From assembly GCA_012522875.1 (NCBI GenBank), contig JAAYJP010000262.1, positions 1 through 35,474 of the forward strand: 35,474 nt of DNA, written 5' to 3'. The DNA is from Clostridiales bacterium (GTDB lineage: Bacteria > Bacillota > Clostridia > Christensenellales > Aristaeellaceae). Every line of letters begins with the position of its first letter. Position 1 is the stretch's first letter. Made by a program: the position numbers and the translations under genes. Below are positions 23,723 to 33,537 of the stretch, one piece after another. The notes beneath the pieces are model-generated. The model made no database searches and was not told where the DNA came from. It was given only the letters and a program-made list of their open reading frames with translations.

Positions 23723-24898
23723 CTATATGGTCACAAGGAAGGCTGCGATACGCTCAAAGGCTTCCCGCAATCGGTCAGTCCCGGTGGCATAGCAGCAGCG
23801 GATATGTCCCTTGCCGCTGTCACCAAAAGCGGATCCTGGCACACAGACAACCGCCTTTTCCTGAAGCAGCCGGTCACAGAAGGTGTCACTTGAAAGTCCT
23901 GTTTTGCTGATGGAAGGGAACATGTAGAATGCGCCTTTTGGCTCAAAACACTCTAGTCCCATGTCCCTGAAAGCCTTGAGCATCAAGCGCCTGCGCTGGT
24001 TATAGCTCTCCCGCATGCGGGCAATGTCCTCATAGCCCGTTTCCCTCCCGCGCTTGAGCGCATACCAGGCTGCTACCTGGCTTTGCCGGCTTGCACACAT
24101 AATGGTGTACTGATGAATCTTGGCGGCCGCTGATGTAAAGGCCTTGGGGGCACAGAGATAGCCCAGCCGGAACCCTGTCATGGCAAAAGCCTTGGAAAAG
24201 CCACTGATGGTCATGGTCCGCTCCCACATCCCGGGGAGAGATGCCATGGACACTTGAGAGAATCCATCATAGGTAAGTTCGCTGTAGATTTCATCACAAA
24301 TGACAAATAAATCATGTTTCATAGCAACCCGGGCGACCGCTTCCAGTTTTTCCCTTGGCAGTACAGCGCCGGTGGGGTTGGAGGGGTAGGACAAAAGAAT
24401 CACCTTGCTGTGGGGCGTAATGCAGGACTCAAGATCCTTGGCGTCCAGTTCAAAGGCATCCTTTGCCATGGTATGTACCTGAACGGGCACGCCGCCGGCA
24501 AACCGGGTGCAGGCTTGGTAACTGATGTAGCAAGGTTCCGGGATCAGCACCTCATCACCGGGGCTTAGAATAGCGCGAAGCGCAATATCAATGGCTTCGC
24601 TTGCCCCCACCGTTACCAGGACCTCGCTGTGGGGATTATACCCCACATGGAAACGTTCCTTCAAATAACGGCTGATTTCCTCGCGGAGGGGCATAATGCC
24701 ATAGTTGGTGGTGTACTGGGTTTCCCCGTCCAGGAGGCTGTCAATAGCAGCATTGCGCATGGGAAAAGGTGTGACGAAGTCAGGCTCTCCCACCCCCAGG
24801 GAAATGGCATCCTTCATGGTACTGGCCGTGTCAAAGAATTTCCGGATAGCACTGGGCGGCACGGCACTGATCGCAGGATTGATGAAGCGCTCACTCAC
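23723..24898 (-). CDS. Class I/II pyridoxal-phosphate-dependent aminotransferase (AlaT/AspC-like)
   Basis: 391 aa with the PLP-lysine motif SGFSKAFAMTGFRLGY, plus SYPSNPTG and DEIYSEL. GTG start overlapping the upstream stop (GTGA). Confidence 0.88.
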   Translation of the reverse strand: MSERFINPAISAVPPSAIRKFFDTASTMKDAISLGVGEPDFVTPFPMRNAAIDSLLDGETQYTTNYGIMPLREEISRYLKERFHVGYNPHSEVLVTVGASEAIDIALRAILSPGDEVLIPEPCYISYQACTRFAGGVPVQVHTMAKDAFELDAKDLESCITPHSKVILLSYPSNPTGAVLPREKLEAVARVAMKHDLFVICDEIYSELTYDGFSQVSMASLPGMWERTMTISGFSKAFAMTGFRLGYLCAPKAFTSAAAKIHQYTIMCASRQSQVAAWYALKRGRETGYEDIARMRESYNQRRRLMLKAFRDMGLECFEPKGAFYMFPSISKTGLSSDTFCDRLLQEKAVVCVPGSAFGDSGKGHIRCCYATGTDRLREAFERIAAFLVTI

Positions 24899-25386
24899 GG
24901 GGATACTGCCAGGCGGTTGTCTTCTCCGCTGTCCTCAAATACAACGCCATCCTGTTTATATCGCTTCAGCACAAAGCTGGTGGCAGTTCCTGTCACGGTT
25001 TCAAGGGGGCTCAGGCGTTCTGATACAAACTGCGCAAGTTCCTTAAGCGTCGGCGCTTCCACCAGGATGAGCAGATCGTAGTTGCCGCTCATCAGGTAAA
25101 GGCTTTTCACCTCACTGAAACGGTAGATGCGTTTGGCTACCGCATCAAAACCAAAATCCCTCTGCGGTGTGACCCTCACCTCAATCATCGCTTCTACCCG
25201 CTGCCGCTCCGCCTTGTCCCAATTGATGATGGGTCGGTAACGAAGAATGATCTGATCTCTTTCTAGTTCCTCGATATGCTGCGCAACCTCCACCAGGCTT
25301 TGGCCCGTCATGGTTGCGATCTGCTCCAACGGAGTCCTGCAGTCTTCGCTCAATATCTCCAGTATCTGCTGCTTTGTCCCATTCAT
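24895..25386 (-). CDS. Lrp/AsnC-family transcriptional regulator
   Basis: About 163 aa with an N-terminal HTH (ILEILSEDCRTPLEQIATMTGQSLVEVAQHIEELE) and a C-terminal RAM/AsnC_trans_reg domain. The ATG at 25386 has GAGG 7 nt upstream. The GTG at 25392 (ORF track) is an alternative start. Confidence 0.85.
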   Translation of the reverse strand: MNGTKQQILEILSEDCRTPLEQIATMTGQSLVEVAQHIEELERDQIILRYRPIINWDKAERQRVEAMIEVRVTPQRDFGFDAVAKRIYRFSEVKSLYLMSGNYDLLILVEAPTLKELAQFVSERLSPLETVTGTATSFVLKRYKQDGVVFEDSGEDNRLAVSP

Positions 25387-25395
25387 TTCCACACC

Positions 25396-27063
25396 TCAGA
25401 AAACGCCGCTGATGACACCCTGGTCGCTTACATCAATTCCGTTAGCCGCAGGCGCCTTGGGCAGCCCCGGCATAGCGATAATATCCCCTGCGAATGCCAC
25501 CACAAATCCCGCGCCGGCTGACAGGCGCACATCGCGGATGGTGAGCTCATAGCCCCTGGGCACGCCCAGGCGCTTGGGATCATCGCTGAATGAATACTGC
25601 GTTTTGGCGATGCACACGGGCATATAATCATAGCCCTCCCTGGTGAGATCGTCCAGCATTTTCCCGGCCTGGGCTGTAAAAACCACGCTGCCCGCTTGAT
25701 AAACCCTTGTGGCAATGGCTTCAATTTTGTCCCTCAGCGGCAAGTCATCCGGATAAGTGAAGGAAAGGGGTCTGCCTGTGCCTTCCTCCGCTGCACGGCA
25801 TACCTCCTCAGCCAGTTCACTGGCACCCTTGCCGCCCTTCTCCCAGCTGTCACAAAAGCGGCAGGGAATATTTTCACTGGCCATGGAAGCTTCCAGCGCT
25901 TCAATCTCCCCGCGTGAGTCTGTGACGAAGTGGTTAATGGCTACCACCACCGGCAGCTTCCAGACCTCCCGCACATTGCGAACATGCTGCAGGAGATTTT
26001 CGATGCCCACTTCCAGCGCTGCGATGTTTTCCTTGTTCAGCTCGTTCTTTTGAACGCCGCCGTGGTGTTTGAGCGCTCGGATGGTCGCTACCAGCACCAC
26101 ACAATCAGGCTTCAGGCCGCTGGCGCGGCACTTGATATCGATAAACTTCTCCGCCCCCAGGTCAGCCCCAAAACCTGCCTCGGTCACTACGTAATCAGAA
26201 AGCCTCAGCGCAAGCTTGGTGGCCGTAACAGAGTTGCAGCCATGGGCGATATTTGCAAAGGGCCCTCCATGAATGAGCGCTGGGGTTGAATCAATGGTTT
26301 GCACAAGGTTTGGCATCAGGGCATCTCTAAGGAGGGCTGCCATGGCACCCTGAGCGCCGATTTGCGCGCAGGTTATGCTCTCCCCCTGGTAGGTTTTGGC
26401 CACGACGATGTTGCCCAGGCGGCTTTTGAGGTCCTTGAGGCCATCCGCCATGCAGAATACAGCCATTACTTCGCTTGCTGCCGTGATATCAAAGCCATCC
26501 TCACGGGGCATTCCGCTCTTGCCCCCGCCAAGACCGCTGACGATTCTGCGCAGCTGCCGATCATTCATGTCCATGCAGCGGCGCCAGCGCACCTGCCTGG
26601 GGTCGATATTCAGCCGGTTGCCCTGCTGGATATGATTGTCCACCATAGCGGCGAGAAGGTTATTGGCCGTGGTGACAGCATGCAGGTCACCGGTAAAGTG
26701 CAGGTTGATATTCTCCATCGGAAGCACTTGGGCATACCCGCCGCCCGTGGCGCCGCCCTTCATGCCAAAAACGGGGCCCAGGGAAGGCTCCCTTAAAGCC
26801 AGCATGGCTTTTTTGCCATTCCAGGTCAAGCCATCGGCCAGTCCAATAGACACCGTGGTCTTTCCTTCCCCTGCCGCGGTCGGCGTGATCGCTGTCACCA
26901 GGATGAGCTTTCCCTTGACTGGCCGGCTCTGAAAGGGAATTGGATCAACTTTTGCGATATAACGACCGTAGGGCTGCAGATGCTCAATATCAATGCCAGC
27001 TTTCTGCGCAATTTCTCCAATGGGCTTCAGTTTGGCCGCCTGGGCGATCTGGATGTCGTTCAT
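25396..27063 (-). CDS. fhs: Formate--tetrahydrofolate ligase
   Basis: 555 aa starting MNDIQIAQAAKLKPIGEIA, with the nucleotide loop TPTAAGEGKTTVSIGL. CAGGAGGG lies upstream of the ATG. Confidence 0.95.
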   Translation of the reverse strand: MNDIQIAQAAKLKPIGEIAQKAGIDIEHLQPYGRYIAKVDPIPFQSRPVKGKLILVTAITPTAAGEGKTTVSIGLADGLTWNGKKAMLALREPSLGPVFGMKGGATGGGYAQVLPMENINLHFTGDLHAVTTANNLLAAMVDNHIQQGNRLNIDPRQVRWRRCMDMNDRQLRRIVSGLGGGKSGMPREDGFDITAASEVMAVFCMADGLKDLKSRLGNIVVAKTYQGESITCAQIGAQGAMAALLRDALMPNLVQTIDSTPALIHGGPFANIAHGCNSVTATKLALRLSDYVVTEAGFGADLGAEKFIDIKCRASGLKPDCVVLVATIRALKHHGGVQKNELNKENIAALEVGIENLLQHVRNVREVWKLPVVVAINHFVTDSRGEIEALEASMASENIPCRFCDSWEKGGKGASELAEEVCRAAEEGTGRPLSFTYPDDLPLRDKIEAIATRVYQAGSVVFTAQAGKMLDDLTREGYDYMPVCIAKTQYSFSDDPKRLGVPRGYELTIRDVRLSAGAGFVVAFAGDIIAMPGLPKAPAANGIDVSDQGVISGVF

Positions 27064-27107
27064 ACAACCCTCCTGTAATCATATCCGGTTAACTACACCG
27101 GTGCTGT

Positions 27108-27806
27108 TCAATCCAAAGCGGATGGCATATCCTTAGCGGACTTGCTGACCACCGCCAGGCAAGCGTTCATGCTCTCGCTGATATGCTTTCGCATGAGTTC
27201 AGAAAACGCCGCTTCATCCCGGGAACCAAGCAAACGCAGCATATCATGGTGCTCTTGATGCGCGCCCGATCTACGGACGACACTGTCTATCGCCATTCTG
27301 GAAAAGCGCATGACAAACTCCTCCTGGTTTTCAATCACCCGGAGAATGCGCCGCTTGTCGGAAACCCGTTCAATGGTGCTGTGGAACTCCCGGTTGAGAA
27401 TCGACAGCATCTGGGCATCCCGGGCTTCCTGGGCCACATCCATTCTCTCCAGGATTTTCTGAAGCTTCCCTATATCCTCCTGGTTGATGTTTTTTATAAT
27501 GGAAGGAACAATCAGCATCATCAGAGCGTTGCGGATGGCAAATATTTCTTCAATATCTTCAAGTGTAAATGCGCTCACCAGCACCCCGCGGCGCGCAACA
27601 TATTCCACCAAGCCATCCAATTCCAGTTTTCTGAATGCTTCACGCAGGGGGGTGCGGCTGATGTGCATGCTCTGGGCATAAGCTGTTTCAATCAGGCGGG
27701 TTCCGGCAGGAATCTCGCCCAGGATGATGGCATGCTTCAGGGTCTCATAGGTTGTCTCTCGGATCGGCCTGTTCTGCTCAGGCTTATCCATGCGTTGTTT
27801 TGCCAA
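27108..27806 (-). CDS. GntR-family transcriptional regulator (FadR/FCD subfamily)
   Basis: 232 aa with the winged HTH ETLKHAIILGEIPAGTRLIETAYAQSMHISRTPLREAFRKLELDGLV and an all-helical FCD-like C-terminus. The TTG start has AAGGAGG 7 nt upstream. An in-frame ATG 15 nt downstream is an alternative start. Confidence 0.85.
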   Translation of the reverse strand: MAKQRMDKPEQNRPIRETTYETLKHAIILGEIPAGTRLIETAYAQSMHISRTPLREAFRKLELDGLVEYVARRGVLVSAFTLEDIEEIFAIRNALMMLIVPSIIKNINQEDIGKLQKILERMDVAQEARDAQMLSILNREFHSTIERVSDKRRILRVIENQEEFVMRFSRMAIDSVVRRSGAHQEHHDMLRLLGSRDEAAFSELMRKHISESMNACLAVVSKSAKDMPSALD

Positions 27807-27830
27807 AAAAACCCCTCCTTTTTCGCGTTG

Positions 27831-27859
27831 ATATTACCTTTCCTGTATAAAGATGTCAA
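27831..27859 (-). promoter_or_regulatory. Strong sigma-A-type promoter for the gntR-fhs operon
   Basis: The minus strand reads consensus TTGACA (27859-27854, overlapping the truB stop codon), a 17-nt spacer, then TAATAT (27836-27831). Confidence 0.6.
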
Positions 27860-28770
27860 GAATCGGCGCGATTGGGTCCTTCAACCGGCTGATATAGCAT
27901 CGTACGCGCCCTCAGACTGCCACCAAACAATTCGAATATACCGACGAAAGCATTTCCGGCATACAGCCGGAAAGGCCCTTGGGGAACAAATCGGCCGTTC
28001 AGGCGCGGGTCATCAGACGCAACTCGCACGCCCCCAGCCAGCAGGTGGGTCAAACTCACAGGCGCATCCATCCGCGGCAAATAAACAAGTGCCCGGTCAG
28101 TAGGGATTATCCATTGCGCCAGGGCTTCCTTCCCAGCCTGGCGCAATTCTTCAGGCGTCACGCTGTCGACGATCTTCTGCCCTGCGCTTTCCTCACGAAT
28201 CAGCAGGCGCATATGAGCCGGGCAGCCCAGCGCAACGCCAATATCATGGCAAAGGGTGCGTATATAGGTACCCTTTCCGCAGGTAACGCGCAACAGGAAG
28301 CTATGGGAAGGCATTTCCCTGATGATAACAATGCGATGAACCTCCGCCTTCCGCGGTTCAAGGGCTGCATGCCTGCCTTCCCGAGCCAGTTTATAAGCCG
28401 GCTTGCCGTCGGACTTCAGCGCAGAATATTGGGGCGGGATCTGGCTAATGGCACCGGTGAACCTGGGCAGTACAGAGAAAAGGTTTTCTGCGTCTGGAAA
28501 ACGGCTGCCCCGGACTGTAACTTTCCCCTGGGCATCCTGGGTATCTGTAGCCTGTCCAAAAGCGATTTCGGCCAGGTACACCTTGCGGCCCGCCATCAAA
28601 TAATCTGAAATTCTTGTGGCCCGGCCCAGCAGGATCGGCAGAACTCCCGCAGCCTCCGGGTCCAGGGTGCCAGCGTGCCCTGCCTTCAGTCCACTCAGGC
28701 GTTTAATGAAAGCAACCGCCTGCGCGCTTGACATGCCAGGCGGTTTCATGAAGTTGACAACACCCTGCAT
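27856..28770 (-). CDS. truB: tRNA pseudouridine(55) synthase TruB
   Basis: 304 aa with KPPGMSSAQAV and GHAGTLDPEAAGVLPI (catalytic Asp). The C-terminus is PUA-like. The start overlaps the nrnA stop. Confidence 0.93.
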   Translation of the reverse strand: MQGVVNFMKPPGMSSAQAVAFIKRLSGLKAGHAGTLDPEAAGVLPILLGRATRISDYLMAGRKVYLAEIAFGQATDTQDAQGKVTVRGSRFPDAENLFSVLPRFTGAISQIPPQYSALKSDGKPAYKLAREGRHAALEPRKAEVHRIVIIREMPSHSFLLRVTCGKGTYIRTLCHDIGVALGCPAHMRLLIREESAGQKIVDSVTPEELRQAGKEALAQWIIPTDRALVYLPRMDAPVSLTHLLAGGVRVASDDPRLNGRFVPQGPFRLYAGNAFVGIFELFGGSLRARTMLYQPVEGPNRADS

Positions 28771-29744
28771 CAGGTGATCATCCCTTCCAGGTATGCACTC
28801 ATCATTGCCACCGCTTCATCAAAGGGTTTGCTGATTGTGCATCCAGCCGCCAGGACATGGCCGCCGCCGCCAAAATGTGTGGCAGCCCGGGATACATCAT
28901 AGGGCGGTAGGCTTCTCAGGCTGAATTTCACCCCTTCAGAGGTTTCTGTGGCCAAAAAGGTCGCCTTGACCCCCCGGATGTTCAACCCGAAGTTCACGAT
29001 GCCCTCAGCTTGCTCCATATTGGCATCAAGGTCAGAAAAATCGCTGTCGCGAAGCAGAATTCTGGTCAGTTTTCCGCCCGACAGGTATGCAAGCGAATCA
29101 AGCGCCCTGGTCAAGAGCCTGATATATGCCGGCTGCTTCACCAGATGTAGTTGCCTTGCTGCCGCTGCAATGGGGAGGTCCGCTTTCATGAGTGCGGCCA
29201 TCTGGGAGAAAAGCTCCTCTGTCATCTTGCCAAAACTGAAGTTTCCGGTATCAGTTGACAGGGCTGTGTACAGGTAGATCGCCACATCCTGGGTAATGGT
29301 TGCTCCAAAGGCTTCAAAAAGACGGTAGACCAGGACGCCTGTGGCTGCCACCTCTTCGTCCACATAACTCACTTGTGCAAACACTCCATTGGTGGCGTGG
29401 TGGTCTATCTTAAGAGACTGGGGGCTTGAAAGAAAACTGGAACCGCAGTCCCCCAGCCTGGCAAAATCGGAGGCGTCAACAGAGATGCTCAGGTCAAAGG
29501 CCCCGTGTTTCATCGAGGCAAATTTGGCCGCCGAAGTTACCCGCTCCCATCCCGGCAAAAAGCACAGGCTCTCCGGAACCGGATCCTGGCAGACAATTAC
29601 CGTCTCCTTGCCGAGTTGCCTAAGCAAAGAGTCCAGTGCCAAAACAGAACCGATGGCATCGCCATCGGGCTGCAAATGGGTAGCCAGCAGCACCCGCCGC
29701 GCGCCTTTGATAATGGCGGCAGCAGCAGAAATGTCAGGCTTCAC
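28770..29744 (-). CDS. nrnA: DHH/DHHA1 phosphoesterase (NrnA-type oligoribonuclease/pAp phosphatase)
   Basis: Motifs are HLQPDGDAIGS, IDHHATN (DHH) and FGGGGHVLAAG (DHHA1 GGGH). The start is uncertain. I chose the GTG at 29744 (GGGGGA about 11 nt upstream). The ORF track extends to 29807, inside rbfA. Confidence 0.85.
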   Translation of the reverse strand: MKPDISAAAAIIKGARRVLLATHLQPDGDAIGSVLALDSLLRQLGKETVIVCQDPVPESLCFLPGWERVTSAAKFASMKHGAFDLSISVDASDFARLGDCGSSFLSSPQSLKIDHHATNGVFAQVSYVDEEVAATGVLVYRLFEAFGATITQDVAIYLYTALSTDTGNFSFGKMTEELFSQMAALMKADLPIAAAARQLHLVKQPAYIRLLTRALDSLAYLSGGKLTRILLRDSDFSDLDANMEQAEGIVNFGLNIRGVKATFLATETSEGVKFSLRSLPPYDVSRAATHFGGGGHVLAAGCTISKPFDEAVAMMSAYLEGMIT

Positions 29745-30105
29745 TGTTGTTATTATCCCCCTGTTCACCAAGCACTTGCCTGAGTATGCCGGAAATATGG
29801 ATGCCATACTCGATGTTCTGATCCGCTATAAACTGGAGCTGGGGTGTATAGCGAAGCGACAGGGCCTGTCCCAGAGCATGCCGGAGAAAACCTGCGGCGC
29901 CTTTTAACGCCTTGATCAGGTCATCGCGCTTTTCGTTCTCAAGGACGCTGATAAAAACCTTGGCAAATCGCAGGTCCCGGGTGGTCTCCACGCGGGTGAT
30001 GCTAAAGGTGCCGCTGACGCGTGGATCCCGTACCTCCTCACGGATAATGCGATCAAGGGCACGCTTGACCTCGTCGGATATGCGGTCTATGCGGTATTGG
30101 GGCAC
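29734..30105 (-). CDS. rbfA: 30S ribosome-binding factor RbfA
   Basis: (V/M)PQYRIDRISDEVKRALDRIIREEVRDPRV is typical of RbfA. The GTG at 30105 has AAGGAGG 5 nt upstream. The ORF-track extension to 30153 overlaps infB. Confidence 0.9.
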   Translation of the reverse strand: MPQYRIDRISDEVKRALDRIIREEVRDPRVSGTFSITRVETTRDLRFAKVFISVLENEKRDDLIKALKGAAGFLRHALGQALSLRYTPQLQFIADQNIEYGIHISGILRQVLGEQGDNNNSEA

Positions 30106-30115
30106 TGTGCCCTCC

Positions 30116-32881
30116 TTATTGTTCGATCTCTTCCATGGTGAAACATTCCACAATGTCGCCTACTTTGATGTCATTGTAGTTCTCAAGGCCAATACCGCAC
30201 TCATAGCCCTCGGCAACCTCCCGCACATCATCCTTGAAGCGCCTGAGAGATGACAGCTTGCCCTCAAAAATGACCGCGCTGTCCCGAAGCAGCCGAACCT
30301 TCTCGTTCCTGAGCATTTTGCCATCGATTACATAGCTTCCGGCAATGGTACCGGAGCCTGTTATCTTGAACACATTCCTGACTTCGGCATGACCCAGCAG
30401 CACTTCCTTGAACTCGGGTTCCAGCATCCCCTTCATGGCCATCTCAATGTCCTCAATAGCCTGATAGATAACACGGTAAAGTCTGATATCAATGCCTTCC
30501 TTGTCGGCGACCGATCGGGCGTTGTTGTCCGGACGGATATTGAAGCCAATAATGGTGGCATTGGCAGTGGCAGCCAGGTTGACATCATCCTTGTTGATGG
30601 CACCCACACCGCTGTGAAGAATGTGGATTTTTACATGGTCATTGGAGAGCTTTTCCAGGGATTGGCGCACTGCTTCAGCCGAGCCCTGCACGTCCGCCTT
30701 GACCAGGAGGTTGAGGGTAACAGTCTCGCCTTCCTTAATGCTGGTGAACAGGTTGTCCAGCGTCAGCGCAGAAGAAGAGGCGATACGCTGTTCCCTGATT
30801 TTTTCTTCCCGCTCCTTTGCCACCTGTCGGATGAGCCTGTCGTCCTCGACAGCGATAAGCTCATCGCCGGCTTCCGGTACCACGCTGAAACCCGATATCT
30901 CGACCGGCATGGCGGGACCGGCATTCCTGACGTTCTCCCCCCGGTCATTCAACAAAGCGCGTACGCGGCCGGAAGCCATGCCGGCGATAATATTGTCCCC
31001 TACATTGAGGGTACCGTTGGTGATAAGGACAGTAGCCAGGGGGCCTCTGGTTTTATCCAGTTTAGCCTCAATGATAATGCCGCGGGCCAGGCGGTCAGGG
31101 TTGGCGCGTAGCTGCAATACATCTGCCTGCAGCAGAATCATCTCCAGCAACTGGTTCACCCCTTGTCCCGTTAAGGCGCTGACGGGCACCATGATGGTGT
31201 CGCCGCCCCACTCCTCCGGCACCAGGCTGTAGGCGGTCAAATCCTGTTTGATGCGTTCAGGGTTGGCATCTGCCTTGTCCATTTTGTTGATGGCCACGAT
31301 AATTGGCACCTTTGCGGCCTGCGCATGCCGGATAGCTTCAACCGTCTGCGGCATCACCCCATCATCCGCCGCCACAACCAGCACCGCGATATCTGTGGCC
31401 TGGGCACCCCTGGCACGCATGGCAGTGAAGGCCTCATGGCCGGGGGTATCCAGGAAAGTGATGCTCCGGCCATCCACGTCAACCGTATAGGCGCCTATGT
31501 GCTGCGTGATGCCGCCCGCCTCCGACCTGGTGACATGGGCGCTGCGGATATGGTCCAGAAGCGAGGTCTTGCCGTGGTCAACGTGACCCATGATGGTGAT
31601 GGCGGGCGGGCGGGGCTGAAGGTCCTCTTCCTGATCCTCCGTGCGGGCCGTTTCACTCAGCGTGTCTTCAGCTGTCTTCTCCAGCTTCATCTCCAGGGTG
31701 CAACCAAATTCGCTGCAGACAAGCGAAGCTGTATCAAAATCGAGTTCGCTGTTGATATTGGCAACATTGCCCAGCAGCAGGAGCTTCTTGAGGATTTCGC
31801 CCGCGGGCTTACCGATGCGCTCTGTCAGATCCTTGACCGTAATCGTATCCGCTGTCATATAGGCAGTCTCAATTTTTATGGGTGACATTTTCTGCTGGGC
31901 GGAAGCCTGTTTTTTAGCGCGGGCGCGTTTCCCGCCGCGCACCACATCATCGTCAATTCCCATGCCGGGTTGCACGCCACGTGTTAGCTGGCGCCTAGAC
32001 TTGCTTACCCGTTCCGGGTCGCGCTGGCGGGTGTAGTTCTTTTTGTTGGGGTCATAATTGCTGACCCGCTCTTTCTCCATCGGCGGCGTAACATCAGCCA
32101 GGCCTGCTTTGGGAGCCGCTCCGCGGGCCCCCGCTGGTGCGGGGCGGCCAAAGGGCCTTTGGGGAGCGGGCCGGCCGTCAGCCGGACGGCCATACGGCGC
32201 TGGACCAGGAGCAGGCCTGCCAAAGGGGGCTTGTCCCGGCGCTGGGCGGCCATAGGGGCCTTGTCCCGGCGCTGGGCGGCCATAGGGGCCTTGCCCCGCC
32301 GGCCGGCCATAGGGACCGGCTGCCGGCGGCGCTGGCTGCCTGGGTGCAGGCCTGGCGGGGGCTTTCTGACCCGCCGGGGCTGGAGTAACGGGCTGGGCGG
32401 CCTGCCATTCGGCCGCAACAGACGCCGGGGTGGCAGCTGCGGGCTTGGCCTCGGTGACCTGTTTCTCTTGCTTGGTTTCGGTGGGGGTGACAACTGGGGT
32501 TTCCACCTCTGTTTCTGCCACTGCCTCAGGCGCTTCCGGCTCTGGTGCAAAGACCTGGGGCACTTCGGCCGCGGGGGCCTCCACAGGCTTTTCCTTCACC
32601 GCCGCGGTTTCCACAACCACGGCAGCTGCCTCTGCCGCCTGATTCGCGTCGTCGTCCGGCATGGTCCAGGCTTTGGTCTGCTGCCTTAGTATTTCCTGCT
32701 GCTGTTCGTGGCGCAGGCGCTGCTTCTCTTCCTCCTCCTGCCGGAGGAATTGTGCCTCCTGCTGACGGAGCATCTGCAGCATAATATCAGCGTTGCGTTT
32801 TACCCGCTCGGTTTCCGTCAGGATAACGCCCGCTTTCTGATTGAGTTCCTTGATTGTTTCTTTAAGCCCCACTTTAGCCAT
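30116..32881 (-). CDS. infB: Translation initiation factor IF-2
   Basis: 921 aa. The N-terminal region is long and Pro/Ala/Gly/Gln-rich. G-domain motifs are [20 protein letters not shown] and NKMD, and the C-terminal domains are conserved. Confidence 0.96.
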   Translation of the reverse strand: MAKVGLKETIKELNQKAGVILTETERVKRNADIMLQMLRQQEAQFLRQEEEEKQRLRHEQQQEILRQQTKAWTMPDDDANQAAEAAAVVVETAAVKEKPVEAPAAEVPQVFAPEPEAPEAVAETEVETPVVTPTETKQEKQVTEAKPAAATPASVAAEWQAAQPVTPAPAGQKAPARPAPRQPAPPAAGPYGRPAGQGPYGRPAPGQGPYGRPAPGQAPFGRPAPGPAPYGRPADGRPAPQRPFGRPAPAGARGAAPKAGLADVTPPMEKERVSNYDPNKKNYTRQRDPERVSKSRRQLTRGVQPGMGIDDDVVRGGKRARAKKQASAQQKMSPIKIETAYMTADTITVKDLTERIGKPAGEILKKLLLLGNVANINSELDFDTASLVCSEFGCTLEMKLEKTAEDTLSETARTEDQEEDLQPRPPAITIMGHVDHGKTSLLDHIRSAHVTRSEAGGITQHIGAYTVDVDGRSITFLDTPGHEAFTAMRARGAQATDIAVLVVAADDGVMPQTVEAIRHAQAAKVPIIVAINKMDKADANPERIKQDLTAYSLVPEEWGGDTIMVPVSALTGQGVNQLLEMILLQADVLQLRANPDRLARGIIIEAKLDKTRGPLATVLITNGTLNVGDNIIAGMASGRVRALLNDRGENVRNAGPAMPVEISGFSVVPEAGDELIAVEDDRLIRQVAKEREEKIREQRIASSSALTLDNLFTSIKEGETVTLNLLVKADVQGSAEAVRQSLEKLSNDHVKIHILHSGVGAINKDDVNLAATANATIIGFNIRPDNNARSVADKEGIDIRLYRVIYQAIEDIEMAMKGMLEPEFKEVLLGHAEVRNVFKITGSGTIAGSYVIDGKMLRNEKVRLLRDSAVIFEGKLSSLRRFKDDVREVAEGYECGIGLENYNDIKVGDIVECFTMEEIEQ
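32225..32311. repeat. In-frame tandem repeat of about 30 bp (two near-identical copies plus degenerate flanking copies) inside the infB linker
   Basis: 32225-32254 (GGGGGCTTGTCCCGGCGCTGGGCGGCCATA) and 32255-32284 (GGGGCCTTGTCCCGGCGCTGGGCGGCCATA) differ at only two adjacent positions. A degenerate 27-bp copy follows at 32285-32311 and weaker copies lie upstream. The repeats encode (G)PYGRPAPGQ. Confidence 0.85.
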
Positions 32882-33230
32882 TAAGCGCTGTGCCCTCCAA
32901 GTTCTTATCTTTGGCAGGGGCTATATCCCCGCCCGCCATTATAGTCTGAATCTTCTCTGCCAGTCCACCGGGATGGACCGCAATAACATTGACACCCGGC
33001 CTTCCTATTGCCCGCCCGAGAAGCCCTTTTGTTGTTTCCAGAAGCGCAATGCCCCGGTTGGCACAGCTATCTGCCAATTTCTTGCGGGTGTTTGCCGCTG
33101 TGCCAGAATCCAGCAGCACCAATACCACCTTGTCCTGCCGCACTTGATCAAGCGCCTTGTCAGCGCCCGCCGCCAGCTTGCCTGCCCGGTAGGCCAAGCC
33201 CAACATCCCTGATAAATGCTTCTCATTCAT
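32874..33230 (-). CDS. ylxQ: L7Ae/YlxQ-family RNA-binding protein
   Basis: 118 aa with LGLAYRAGKLAAGADKALDQVRQDKVVLVLLDSGTAANTRKKL, typical of YlxQ. The position between ylxR and infB is conserved. Confidence 0.85.
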   Translation of the reverse strand: MNEKHLSGMLGLAYRAGKLAAGADKALDQVRQDKVVLVLLDSGTAANTRKKLADSCANRGIALLETTKGLLGRAIGRPGVNVIAVHPGGLAEKIQTIMAGGDIAPAKDKNLEGTALNG

Positions 33231-33513
33231 CCCGCTTCACCAGCCTCGGCCCGTATTTGATCTGTCGGCGCAGAAGGGCGATGACCTCTTCACCCACCGG
33301 ATTCTCAAGTGCCCGTTCAAGCTGCCGCTGTTTCGCTGCCCGGTCCAGACAGGCTTCGTCCCGGCACACATAGGCGCCGCGGCCCGATTTTTTTCCGGTA
33401 AAATCGATGGCGATCTCCCCTTCCGGGCTTCGCACTACACGCAGCAGCTCCCGTTTGGGTTTCATCTCACGGCAGCCAACGCACATGCGCATAGGTGTTT
33501 TCTTGGGCATCAT
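33223..33513 (-). CDS. ylxR: YlxR-family (DUF448) RNA-binding protein
   Basis: MMPKKTPMRMCVGCREMKPKRELLRVV is the family signature, and GRGAYVC is present. The start is at 33513/33510. The ORF-track ATG at 33537 directly abuts the nusA stop and is also possible. Confidence 0.85.
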   Translation of the reverse strand: MMPKKTPMRMCVGCREMKPKRELLRVVRSPEGEIAIDFTGKKSGRGAYVCRDEACLDRAAKQRQLERALENPVGEEVIALLRRQIKYGPRLVKRDE

Positions 33514-33537
33514 TCCTCCATCTTGCTGAGTGTGCAT

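Noticed and set aside
27064-27107. A small hairpin (CCGGU-GUAGUUA-ACCGG on the minus strand) between gntR and fhs, considered as a riboswitch or terminator.
   Set aside because: The whole gap is only 44 nt and the 5-bp stem is not followed by a U-tract. That is too small for any known riboswitch aptamer, so it is probably incidental.
27183-28103. A 306-aa plus-strand ORF spanning the gntR/truB boundary.
   Set aside because: It is antisense to two well-supported genes and crosses their intergenic promoter. It has no motifs and no RBS, so it is a shadow ORF.
32005-32689. Several overlapping Pro/Arg/Gly-rich ORFs on both strands (181, 176, 83, 76 and 70 aa).
   Set aside because: All lie within the repetitive GC-rich linker of infB and are by-products of the repeat composition. 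The infB frame is continuous and conserved.
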